From Zootoca vivipara (taxonomy: Eukaryota), in the NCBI RefSeq assembly GCF_963506605.1, contig NC_083281.1, forward strand, positions 66,278,001-66,342,000: a stretch of 64,000 nucleotides of DNA, in the 5' to 3' direction. Under the pieces are notes generated by a model. That model was given only the letters and a program-made list of their open reading frames with translations. It searched no databases and was not told the origin of the DNA. This document shows, piece by piece, positions 36,315 to 47,581 of this stretch (within the stretch, counting starts at the first letter, position 1; each line of letters starts with the position of its first letter). Made by a program: the position numbers and the translations under genes.

Positions 36315-37941
36315 TACTATATAAAAATACCACATATCAATACAATATTAAGGAATACAATAATAAAAATCAAACCACAATAAATTCCAAACAGCGATAC
36401 ACTCAGGGGCTTCTTACCCCTAGAGGCCAGTGGCACGAGGCGGCCAGCTGAGCCTCTTCCTTGTCGGAGGAGCTGCCCTCCAGCCACTGCTCACCTCCTC
36501 CAGCCCCGCAAAGCTGGGCGCGTCTCCGGCAGCGCCGTCCTCCCTAAAAAAGGTCAGGAACTCTGGGAAACGGGGGGGGGGGCAGAGGGATATTTGCCCC
36601 ATGGCACCAGATAGGCTTAAGACAACCCTGGATATACTAAGGGTGTGTCCAGGCAACTTGTTTATTAAGCATACATATTAATCATTCATGGTTCACCTGG
36701 GGCCTTCGTTATGTATCTTTAGGCACCAGGTGAAAATGTTTCTCTATAACCAGGACTTTGGCTGATTACAAATTCTATGGGCTTTTAAATGTGTTTGAGG
36801 GAGGGGGATTATTGGTTTGTTTTTGTTTTATTATGTATTTTCTGTTCTTATTTTGTATTTTTATGCTGCGAACTGCCCTTTAATCTTCGGGTAAAGGGAG
36901 GTATACAAATTTAATGAATAATAATTTAGTAGTAATAATAATTTGTTTGCACAAAATTTGCAGAAGCTTGTAAGACACTGGTAATTAGTGAGCATGCATC
37001 AAGCAATCATTATCCCACACCTTCCAGTGCATATTCTGACCCTTTCCACACCAGAAAAAGGACCCCCCCCCAAAAAAAGTAGGTTTGTTGCATAAGCGTG
37101 CCAAACCCATTTTAATTATGCAACCTCAATTTGACATTATGCGATTGAATCCTGCTCACACAAAATAGCAACAGTGCAGAAGTGGTCCAAAACTGTTCAG
37201 CCGGCTCAAATAATATGGAAAATGTTTTTTTAAAAAACCCAGGCAAATAAAATCAATTGGTGCAAAATAAAATAAAATTCAATGTTAAGGGCCACCACTG
37301 AAAAGGTCCTCTCCTTCATGGATGCATAATGCCTCTGGTCTTATAGAACATTCTTACAATTGCACTGTATAAGGCTTAAAGGAGGAGCAGGGAATCTCAG
37401 GCCTGGAGGTCAGAAGCATCCCTGCAGCGTCCTGAAACTGCTCCTTGGAGCTCTCCTTAGGCCACACCCCTTCCCTCCAGGCCACACCCCTCACCTGCCC
37501 TTGCTTCATACCTTGAGTGCTTTTGCCTGGCTGGAATCCATCCATGCATATACTTTGAGAATGCCTTTTGCTTGTCTGGATGGAGGGCAGACAGAGGAAT
37601 GTGAAAGTATGGAGAAACTCACTTTTCTCTCTGGCCCCACGAATCCCTGGCACATGGCCCTCAGAAAGTTGCCCAGAAGGGAAAGTGGCCCCCAAAGTAA
37701 AAAAAGTTTCCCATTTCCTGCTTTTATGTATTTAATTGGGCTCTGTGGATTGTAGTGCTATTTGCTTGCATAGTTTTCACGTGACAGACCATGTTTGGCT
37801 CATCATATTAATTAATGTAATTAGCAGGGAAACTAATTGTGCTAATAGAGACAGAACAGGGGGAGGGGCACACTAGTCCCCTATTCCTACACAAAGCAGG
37901 AAAACAGGCACCATATCTCTTAAACACAGAATACTGTATGT

Positions 37942-38570
37942 CAGTGATGGGCAACCATTTGAGCGTGGTGTGTCAAAATTCGCCAAAAAACCGAGCATAA
38001 CTCAGGTGGTGTGTCACTTCTAGAAAAAAACCATAATTTCATGATATTTATAGTTTAAATAACAAAAATGTATAATTGTAATATATTACTGTATTTAATA
38101 AACCAAAAACTAATTATTTAACCAAACCAAACCAAAAAACCCTTATTTATCACAAAGTGCTGTTGCTGAGCTTTTTAGGGGGAGCTGCTGACCAAAGTTT
38201 TGGAGGTTTTTTGGGGGGGTGCAAAAGTTGCTTTTTAATACCTTCGCTGGAACTAACAAGCAGCACCGACATAGTCTGCCAAAGCGCCAAAAAATGCAGC
38301 ACAGAATGGGTTAAAAATGAATGCTGTTACACCCAATCATCGTCTGCCAAAGCGCCAGAAAAAACATCACAGAAAGGGTTAAAAAGCCAATCTCTGGCTA
38401 CCAGCAACAACCAAAAAAATGATCCTGGTTTTAACAGCTTGTAGCTTGAGGAGGGGAGAACAAATGGGGGGGGGGACAACAATAGCGCGAATGGGCTGAT
38501 ATGGCGCGTGCAAGCAGTGAGGGCTCTGTGTGTCACGTCTGACACGTGTGTCATAGGTTTGCCATCACTG
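37942..38570. mobile_element. non-autonomous hAT element (hAT1-like termini)
   Basis: TIRs CAGTGATGGGCAACC / GGTTTGCCATCACTG, perfect TSD CTGTATGT (37934-37941 / 38571-38578), subterminal TGACAC/GTGTCA motifs. Confidence 0.9.
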
Positions 38571-38639
38571 CTGTATGTGGAACAGCACACACTGAAGTTC
38601 TCTCCTGGTTTCATAACTGCAGCAAGCACCTTCTCAACA

Positions 38640-38836
38640 AAGAGCAAATAAACTGAACCAGGAAGTCCTAACACAGCTTCCTTCTTTGGTACAGTAAAAA
38701 AGAGAAGTTGGCTGATGAGATGTAAAGTGAAACTTGGTACTTTGGACATTTTGAGAAAGCAGAAAGGCAGCTGCCATGAAGTTCTGGAGACTCTAAAAAC
38801 CAATGCCAAGGAAACAATTTCTAGATTATTAACCAG
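38640..38836 (+). promoter_or_regulatory. SNX20: candidate SNX20 promoter and non-coding exon 1
   Basis: ETS site CAGGAAGT (38659-38666), IRF-like AAAGTGAAAC (38723-38732) and donor CAG|GTCAGT at 38836/38837. Fits a leukocyte-type non-CpG promoter but lacks transcript support. Confidence 0.4.
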
Positions 38837-41165
38837 GTCAGTATTTTATGTCTGTGATCTGTGGGTGGCCAGGTAGCGGTTAGTAAAATTAGTTAGGTAT
38901 TTGTTACAGAAATGTGATATATATATATGGGGAGAGGGGTGTGGGTGGGTGTGTTTCTGCCTTTTATTAATTCCTTTGTTAGCTAGATCACTGAATAATT
39001 GCTGATAGGAAGTGGGACCTGCAACAAAATATTGCAGTGCATCTTCATTTTCTAAAAGGAATGCATTTGCTCAGGCAGGGCCAGCGTCAAGACCCAGCAT
39101 GGTTGGGAACCTGGCCCAGCAGGGGACCCATTGACAAGCCCCATGCAGCTGCTCCTCCCTTTCATCATTGCAACCCACTTGCTCATTTGACTCTCACTCT
39201 GGCAAGTAGTGGCTAGAAAAAGACTTAACAGTAGTAGCTGCCACCAATCCTTGCTTGCTCTCTGGCCATGTCTGGGAAGAGCAAGATGGCAGAAACAGTG
39301 TGGCAGAGGAGGAGAGCAACTAGACACAGTGGCAATGAAGGGGCAAACTGACTCAAAAAGGGCCCCCTGAAGGTGCCCCTCCCCCCAAAAAACAGAACTT
39401 TTAACCAGCTCTGTGTTCAGGGTTCCTGCAAACCATTGGCAGTAAAAAGCTCAAGCAGGGGCTTTCCAGAAATGTCTGGCTGTCCTCTGCTGGAAAGCAG
39501 GATAATGGGCAATGTAGAACCTTGCATGGGTGTAACCAAGCTTTATTTTAATGGGGGCAGGCTTTATGTTATGGAGGACAGAACTGAGTTATCCGTGATG
39601 CAACCGATCAGTTAATTAAGTATTTTTTAATTTACTTACTTGATTTAGGGGGGCAGCTGCCCACACCCACAGAACCATGGAGTCTGATCCAGAACTCTAG
39701 AATGTGAGGCTACACTAGGATACATAGATTACTTTAGAGATGATTGCAAGTGTGAACATTAATGAGCAGGAGGTGGGAGGAGAGGGGGAGAGAAAAAAGG
39801 TCCCCAAGTTAGTAGGCTAACTGCTCTATTTTTCACATCTTAAAGGAGAAATACTTGTTAATGACCATTTGTGGAAGCTGCTGCTTTTGCAAGTTTAAAG
39901 CTGATTGTTTGCATTGATTTCCCCTCCCTCCATTCATGTGCCACCTATGCCAAAATGACAGGCTCTTTATTCATGCTGCTTTTGAACACCTTTGGAAACG
40001 TGGGCTTAGCTATTTGAACTATTGCAATTACTAGCATGTCACCGGTTCGGCGGCCGACTGTGGCTATGAAAGGTTGAAGGCTCGAACGTGAAACCTACTT
40101 TTAAAAATGGCTCGTTTTTCATCTGAAGTGGCTTTGGGGGGGGAGGGGACCTGGTCCCAGTTTGCTTAGTTAACTCACAATGACAGTTTGATGTTGTGTT
40201 ACATGTCAGGGGAAGAGACGTAGGTGGCTGTCTCTGCGTTCCACCCTACGGAGACACATTTATAACAACAAGCTGTCATGATCCGCACACCGAGGGGAGG
40301 GGAGGGGTGCCACCCTCTCCCTCACCTTTCTGTATGTCTGAATAGAGTCTTTGCTGGGTTTACTCATAGAGGCAGGGATCTGCCTCCACTCTCTATACGC
40401 CAGGATAGGGAACCCTTTTTCAAATCAGGGGCTGAGTTACCTTGTGGGCCACATGCTAGTGACAGACTTACGTTTGGTAGCTACATTCGTCCAGCTGCTA
40501 TTTTTCTTTTCTTCTCTGTACAATTACTAAGCTCTGTTTTCCTTGTTTGGGTATCTTTTGCTACTTGAAATATAAAATCACTTTTAAAAATGAAATGATG
40601 ACAGTTCAGTTCCTTGCCTGCCCTTCGCCAGCAAGTCCCATGGGGGGGTTGCAACAATCTGAAAATCAGAATTTAAAAGTTAAAGAGTACAGTAACAGGA
40701 GTAGGGTGGGCCCTGAAAACAAGTGTCAAAAGAGCTCCCTTTGCTTGCTTGCACTTAAGATAGTATATGTAGAGACTCATTTTTAGGGAAGATTTTTATG
40801 GGGTCCAGAGACATGGGGTAGGGCACAGACAAGTGGGAAAGTACACATGATTTGCCTGAACCCTTATATCCCAGCTCCATCACTGAAATAATCTGCAGGA
40901 GCATCATTGATCATTTCTCAAGCTGGCGAGATTCGTTTGACAACAACCAGAAACTGTGTTTTTAGGGTCATCAGTCCAGTAATGTGGAATACTCTGCAAA
41001 CAGAGATTCAGCATACACCTTCGGTTTTAAGTTTTAAATGCCTGCTGAAAACTTTTCTACTCCATCAGGCCTATGCAGGCAATTAAGAGGGTATCTTCCC
41101 ACAATGGTTAATTGATGTCCGCTTTAATTTTTTAATATGTTTTATATGTTTCTACTGTGTGGTTT

Positions 41166-41323
41166 TCCCCTTCTCCTTGTGCACAAGGAGAAGGGGACGA
41201 CAGAGGACGAGATGGTTGGACAGTTTGACCAAACTGCGGGAGGCAGTGGAAGACAGAAGTGCCTGGCAGGCTCTGGTCCATGGGGTTACAAAGTGTCGGA
41301 CATGACTAAACGACTAAACAACA
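41166..41323 (+). mobile_element. Bov-B 3' fragment with 5' fold-back, nested in an L2-type remnant (about 40850-41385)
   Basis: Matches 53135-53294 with a short internal deletion. TSD ACTGTGTGGTTTT / ACTGTATGGTTTT (41154-41166 / 41324-41336). Confidence 0.85.
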
Positions 41324-41390
41324 ACTGTATGGTTTTATGTATTTTTGTTGTAAACGACTTTGATTTTTTTAAAAAAATGAAATAGCAGCA

Positions 41391-41550
41391 ATGGAGGAGG
41401 GCCAACCTTGCTTACAAGACCATCAAAAGGAAGTCCAAGGGGTTATAGTCGAGTCTGCTGAAGATGCCCATTCAGATGAAGGAGATGGCTATGAAACCCT
41501 AACTTCATTTCAGCCAACCCAGGAGCAGAAAGAACCCACTGATATCTCAG
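41391..41550 (+). CDS. SNX20: SNX20 first coding exon
   Basis: GCAATGG Kozak context, then MEEGQPCLQ...KEPTDIS(G). Donor CAG|GTAAGA, phase 1, in frame with the next exon. The N-terminus is poorly conserved, so assignment is by position and phase. Confidence 0.8.
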
Positions 41551-42189
41551 GTAAGACCTGGACAGGTAACTGCAAGTCAGGGGTGAGGAAACCTCAGGTC
41601 CAGAGACCAATTGTGACCCTCCTAGCAGCCAATAAAATAAATGAGGGGGCCAGCCCCTAAAAAAAGTTAATGGGCAATGCCATTCAAATGGTGTGCATGC
41701 ACCATGTCATGTGATTATGTAAGGCAGGGCTTACCTGCCCCCCCCATATTTATTCAAGTTAGCAACCTTGGGGTCCCTACAGACCACTCTGGACCTTGTG
41801 ACCCTCCCCAGGCCACATTCTTCCCCGAAAAACCTGGGAACTGTAGTCTGTTACTGGTGCTGAGAGTTGTTAAGAGACCCTTATTCCTCTCACAGAGCTC
41901 TCACTATTCCCAGAGTGATTTAACAATCAATCCCTCTTTTAGAGGAACTCTGGTGTAGCCCTATAATGTTCTACTTTTGGTTATCTAAAAGTAGATAACC
42001 AAACAGTTATCTATGGGAATAGTTTCATATTGGAAGAGTCATCAAATTAAGGGAAAGGTTTCTATTATGTCTGAAAACAGGACCCATACCTAAACAATTT
42101 GCCATAGATCTATCTGTCTACGTGCAGTTGCATACACACTTCAGAGCACCTTAGAACATATTCCCCAATAAATATATACATTATTTTAG

Positions 42190-42341
42190 GTGACAAAAGA
42201 GCCCAAAGTCCCAACTCTTCCATGACAACTAAGGAACTCCAAGAATACTGGCGGAATGAGAAGCGCAGTTGCAGAGAAGTCAAGGTCCTTTTCGAAATCC
42301 CGTCAGCCAAAATTGTAGAGAAGCCCTTCTCTAAATATGTG
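42190..42341 (+). CDS. SNX20: SNX20 second coding exon
   Basis: Acceptor TTATTTTAG, then (G)DKRAQSPNSSMTTKELQEYWRNEKRSCREVKVLFEIPSAKIVEKPFSKYV. Donor GTG|GTAAGC, 152 nt. Confidence 0.94.
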
Positions 42342-42714
42342 GTAAGCAAATGTAAGCCTGTACGGGTGAAAACATTTGGAGACATTTTGGCCAAACCACA
42401 CCACATGTGATGTCACACGATGTCAGGTACGAGGCATGGCTCAGCCAAAAGGGGTTTGGCAGGCACCACCAATCCACCCTATGCAAAGTAATGCGCACAG
42501 AGCTTTGGGTGAACCAATGATCAGCTTGCAAAGTGCTCTGAAAAACCATCACTCTAAAAAAATAGTCCTCTGCAGGGGGCTTCAGAATACCATTGGAAAG
42601 CATTCTGCAATGTAACGCTCCCTGGCCACCTGTCAAACATGGCCTGCGATGCAGGGGGGGAGGACATAATGGTCTAGCGGCTCCAGCCCATCAGCCAAAT
42701 CCAGTTTCCTACCT

Positions 42715-42935
42715 CAGGCTTAGACAAATTCATGGAGAATAAGGTTATCACCAGCTGCGAACCACCATGGCTATGTTGTACGTTATACCTAAATTGTTGG
42801 AGGCAGTAAGTCCCTGAGCACCAGTTGCTGGGAATCCTAGTGGGCAGAGTGCTGTTGCATTCAGGACTGCTTGCTGGCTTCCCACAGGTATCTGGTTGGC
42901 CACTGTGAGAACAGGATGCTAGACTAGATGGGCCT
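42715..42935 (+). mobile_element. CR1 3' UTR fragment
   Basis: Homologous to 56085-56545. Further copies at about 33183-33300 (-), 48740-49015 (+) and 63683-63965 (-). Confidence 0.78.
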
Positions 42936-43191
42936 TTTCCAAAAAGGGATATTTATGATCTTTTCTGCAGTTAGCAGAGCTCAGAATCTGGACTGAATGG
43001 GGCACCACAACTACCCGTCCTTAAGACTATTTCAAAATGTGTTAAGGCAGCCCTACTGCGTCTGCTGAGTGGGGGCCTAGACGTCTGCTCCAAAGACCTT
43101 GTCCTGATGGCTGCTGGTTGCAGTAGTGCCAGCCTTCTGCCTGAGCCACCAAAGCTTTTCTCAATTGTTTCATTTGTGTGTTGCCCGCTAG

Positions 43192-43860
43192 ATGTACCAG
43201 ATTCTCGTCATCCAGACGGGAAGCTTTGACAGCAACAGATCAGTGATTGAGCGTCGGTATTCAGATTTCGAAAAGCTGCACATGAATCTTCTGAAGGAGT
43301 TTTATGATGAAATGGAGGATATTGCATTTCCCAAGAAGTGTATGACGGGGAACTTCACAGACGAAATCATCATCGAGAGGAAGTTAGCCTTCCAAGATTA
43401 CTTGCGGCTTCTGTATTCCATGGAATACACCCGGACATCTAGAATATTTATTGACTTCTTAGTGAGACCGGAACTGGAGGAGGCCTACAGTTGCCTCCGG
43501 GGAGGACAGTTTACCAAAGCTTTGGAGGTTCTTCTGGAAGTTATAGCTCTGCAAGAGAAACTTGTCAAGCATCGGCCCACCCTATTGGTCCCAACTCTCT
43601 GTGCCATAGTCGTCTGTCACAAAGATCTGGAAAACTCAAGAGGTGCCTACGAATTTGGAGAGAAAGCTTTGCTACGCCTTGAGAAGCATCCTGGTCACAG
43701 GTACTACATGCCCCTGCTGGAAACAATGATTTCCTTAGCATACGAACTTGGCAAGGACTTTCTATATTTCCAAGAGAAGATGGAGGAGAGGAAGGCCAAA
43801 AAACGGCTAACTAAAATGGTGTCCCTAAAAGAACTTGCAGTTCAAGAGTACATAGACTGA
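43192..43860 (+). CDS. SNX20: SNX20 last coding exon (PX domain plus PXB helical domain)
   Basis: MYQILVIQTGSFD...ERRYSDF (PX motif)...FPKK...GHRYY.PLL...LAYELGKDF...LKELAVQEYID* matches sorting nexin-20 as recalled. Total CDS 981 nt, 326 aa. Confidence 0.95.
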   Translation: MYQILVIQTGSFDSNRSVIERRYSDFEKLHMNLLKEFYDEMEDIAFPKKCMTGNFTDEIIIERKLAFQDYLRLLYSMEYTRTSRIFIDFLVRPELEEAYSCLRGGQFTKALEVLLEVIALQEKLVKHRPTLLVPTLCAIVVCHKDLENSRGAYEFGEKALLRLEKHPGHRYYMPLLETMISLAYELGKDFLYFQEKMEERKAKKRLTKMVSLKELAVQEYID

Positions 43861-45825
43861 GAGAAGCTGGGATAGGTGCAGAAAAGGCGTAAAGTCAATA
43901 ATTAAGCAATTGGCACACCTTCTAGAAGGATGAAAGGCAAAAGCCTGTTTGGGACTTTTTTGTTTAGGCCAGAGTCAGGGAGCCTTCTTCAGCCCAAGGG
44001 CCATATTTCCTGATTGGCAACTTTCTGGGAGCCAAACGTATTTCATTTATTTAATACAATTTATATCCCACTTGATTGTAAAAAAACACACAACAACAAC
44101 CTCAAAGCAGTTCATAAAAAGAAAAAGAAAACCTATTAGATTATCAGCAGCAACAGTTAAAAACAACTTTTTAAGACATTCAAGAAATAATAAAAATCAG
44201 TAGAAAGCTAAAAATTAAAATTAAAGCACATGTCAGCATTCTGCATTTCTGGATAGGCTTGCCTGAACATAAATGTTTTTTGCAGACACTGAGAAGAATA
44301 CACTGAAGGGACCTGTCTAATGTCAATAGGCAGGGAGTTCCAAAGTGTGGCCACAAAAAAAAACACTGATCTCTTACAGATGTGGAACAGGTATTATGTG
44401 GCACCTGTAACATGCCACTGGCAGGTGGGGCTAGAGAGGCAAAGGTGTGTGATGAAACAGATGTGACTCTTACCTTTGTGCAGTATAAGGCAGAGGTTTC
44501 TACATAAAATGTACCCACATTAACTATAATATCCACATACCCTTGTTTGCATCTGGCTCCATCCACCACCATCATGTGGCCCCTAAATGGTTGCCCAGGA
44601 GGGAATGTGGCCCTGGGGTTGATAAAGGTTTCCCATCCCTATTATACGTGACTAATATTTGCTGGTTTCCTTTTCTATGAATTATCGATAATTGTTTTGT
44701 ATTGTTTTATGTACCTCCCCTTAGAAGCTGGTTGGTTGGTTTTTATTAAGCAATTTAGACATTTTTCTAAATGAATAAATAACATCCATATTGACCACAC
44801 TGGTTGGGGCTGCAGAGAGTTTGAGTCCAGCAATATCTGGAGGGCCGCAGGTCCCCCAGACTGAGGAGAAAAGCAGTTTAACAGCCAGCATTTTCCCCAA
44901 GAACACTTGGGATTTGTAGTTTGGTGAGATTTCTGCATTAGGGCTCCTGGGCAGAGAACTACAGTACCCAGAATTCCCTTTTCTCATACCAATTTACGTC
45001 TGAGATGAAGATAACCTTCTGTCTGGCTTTTGCGGGGGGGGGGGGGATGTTTGCACCACCTGGAGCCTCAGCTATGATGGCTCTCTCTTGACATATTAAT
45101 AATCATCGGTATCAGTCAGAACACCAGTCTGGAGCCGTTTCATCTCAAAAGAAATAGGAGAAGGCTAACATCTGTCTCGTGTTCTTTGCAAGCCTCAGAA
45201 AAGCACATTACAAACAAACCGCCACGGCTACACACACCCCACTCCCCAAAAAGTAAATTTAAATAAAATCTGGGCAGACAGTTTTGAACAGCCTCTGGGA
45301 TTTCAACTACAAGCAACTTAGTTTGGGCCTATCTCCATATCAATTATTACATCATTTGGGCCATTAAGTAGATAATAGTACAGGCATCTCTCTCTCAAAC
45401 AGCAGATGATGTCCCTGAGGCAGCTTCTGAAACACTAGCAGGCAAGTTATTCCATGCACAAGGTATCATTTCACATACACAGGCTCCTGCACTCTTCCCC
45501 ACTTTTGCCTTCCAAACAGTGCTCATTAGCTGGTTATTCATTTTGGTCTCCCCCCGCCCGCCCAGCCCTTCTCACTGTTTGCTGAAGAATGCTAATGAGT
45601 TTCACTCACTAGAGTCATCTGGAACTATTGCTGTGCCTGGCAATCGATACGCTGTCCATAACACATTGATCTCTGGACCTGTTTGCTAGGGGAATCACTT
45701 GCTAGGTTGAAAACCAGGTGCAGGGGACCATGTAATTTCCCCAAGACCCCCAGCAACTGCAAGACTGGGTTGGGAAATTTTCCCAGGGTTCCTTGCGACA
45801 AACTATGCAAACCAAGCTCCTAGAT

Positions 45826-45961
45826 CAGGCATCCCCAAACTGCGGCCCTCCAGATGTTTTGGCCTACAACTCCCATGATCCCTAGCTAACAGCACCAGTG
45901 GTCGGGGAAGATGGGAAATGTAGTCCAAAACATCTGGAGGGCCGAAGTTTGGGAATGCCTG
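45826..45961. mobile_element. hAT MITE, same family as 20724
   Basis: TIRs CAGGCATCCCCAAAC / GTTTGGGAATGCCTG and perfect TSD TCCTAGAT. Confidence 0.93.
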
Positions 45962-46432
45962 TCCTAGATGCTTTCCTAGATGTACCAATGTCTCCCATTC
46001 CTAGATGCAATGTGACACTTTATATCTCCAATAGATGGAGCTGTGTCAAACATTTTTTACAAGAAGGCAAATTAAGAATTAATGCTAGTTAAATCCACCT
46101 ACCCCAATTCATTCTTGCTCTTGTTTCCAATAAATCAGCAATTCCAAAACTACCAGCTAGGCAGGGCTGAACCGTGGGCAGAAGTCTGGAGTGAGCCAGA
46201 ACTAGGAGTCATGAAACTGGCCGATAGAACTGAAGAGTAGACCTGATCCGAAGGACAAACTAGGCACTGGGAAAGAAAAGCAAGTCAAGGATCAAGACTG
46301 GTGAATAACCATGAGTGCAAGAACACACCAGAACAAACTCAGTTGTCACAGGAAGCCCTTTTATGTTCCTCCTTGTCTAAGAAGTTCCAATGGCCAGCCT
46401 GGGTGGGTGGAGTCAGTCTAGGACCTGAAGGT

Positions 46433-46784
46433 AAAAGGTAAAGGGACCCCTGACCATTAGGTCCAGTCGTGACCGACTCTGGGAATGTGGCGCTCATCTT
46501 GCATTATTGGCCGAGGGAGCCGGCGTACAGCTTCCAGGTCATGTGGTCAGCATGACAAAACCGCTTCTGGCGAACCAGAGCAGCGCACGGAAACGCCGTT
46601 TACCTTCCCGCTGTAGCGGTACCTATTTATCTACTTGCACTTTGACATGCTTTCAAACTGCTAGGTTGGCAGGAGCTGGGACCGAGCAACGGGAGGTCAC
46701 CCCGTCGCGGGGATTCGAACCACCAACCTTCTGATCGGCAAGCCCTAGGCTCCGAGGTTTAACCCACAGCGCCACCCGCATCCT
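46433..46784 (-). mobile_element. Sauria SINE, full length
   Basis: Colinear with the 4708 copy, flanked by CCTGAAGGT at 46424-46432 and 46785-46793. Confidence 0.93.
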
Positions 46785-46793
46785 CCTGAAGGT

Positions 46794-47055
46794 TGTTGTT
46801 GTTTAGTCGTTTAGTCGTGTCCGACTCTTCGTGACCCCATGGACCAGAGCACGCCAGGCACTCCTGTCTTGCACCGCCTCCCGCAGTTTGGTCAGACTCA
46901 TGTTGGTAGCTTCGAGAACACTGTCCAACCATCTCGTCCTCTGTCGTCCCCTTCTCCTAGTGCCCTCAATCTTTCCCAACATCAGGGTCTTTTCCAGGGA
47001 GTCTTCTCTTCTCATGATGTGGCCAAAGTATTGGAGCCTCAGCTTCACGATCTGT
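46794..47055 (-). mobile_element. Bov-B LINE 3' fragment
   Basis: Minus-strand ORF QIVKLRLQYFGHIMRREDSLEKTLMLGKIEGTRRRGRQRTRWLD... with a (CAA)n tail, flanked by CCTGAAGGT at 46785 and 47056. Confidence 0.93.
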
Positions 47056-47085
47056 CCTGAAGGTATTTCACTGCAAACCAGCCAC

Positions 47086-47118
47086 CTGCAGTTCAATGGC
47101 TCACCACAAGGGGGAGCT
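47086..47118 (+). promoter_or_regulatory. CTCF-like site with upstream module
   Basis: Core CCACAAGGGGGAGC (47104-47117), preceded 12 nt upstream by CTGCAG. Confidence 0.5.
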
Positions 47119-47581
47119 GAACATAGACCCAGTAGTTCCTGGTTCATAGATCATAGAAGGGACCCTGAGAGTCTTCTAGTCCAACCCCTTGCAATGCAAG
47201 ACTATGCACCTTGGCATTATCAGCAGCACACTCTAACCAACTGAGTTGTTTCAGGACACCCACCTACTTCCAAAGTAAATGGAAGAGGGTGCCCACTGTG
47301 CCTCAGGATGATTCATTACTAAAGGTTGGTCTCCTTCACACCAAATACGGAGAGACATCCTCAGAGAAATCACACCCAGAACAGTTACTCACACTGAAAC
47401 ACAGCGGGTGAACTCTTCGGCGACAGTTCTTACTTGTGTTAATGTGTTAAAGTAAAACATTTTCTAGCATCAGCATGGAGCGTGCCTCCACTATAATTCC
47501 AAAAAGCAATTGTGCCCCATGATCGGGAGTTTGGAAAATGTCACAGTAATAAACAGTTCACACCTATGATTAACACTTATA

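Noticed and set aside
38712-38735. CTGATGA...GAAAC as a second hammerhead
   Set aside because: The intervening GATGTAAAGT cannot form stem II, and stems I and III are missing.
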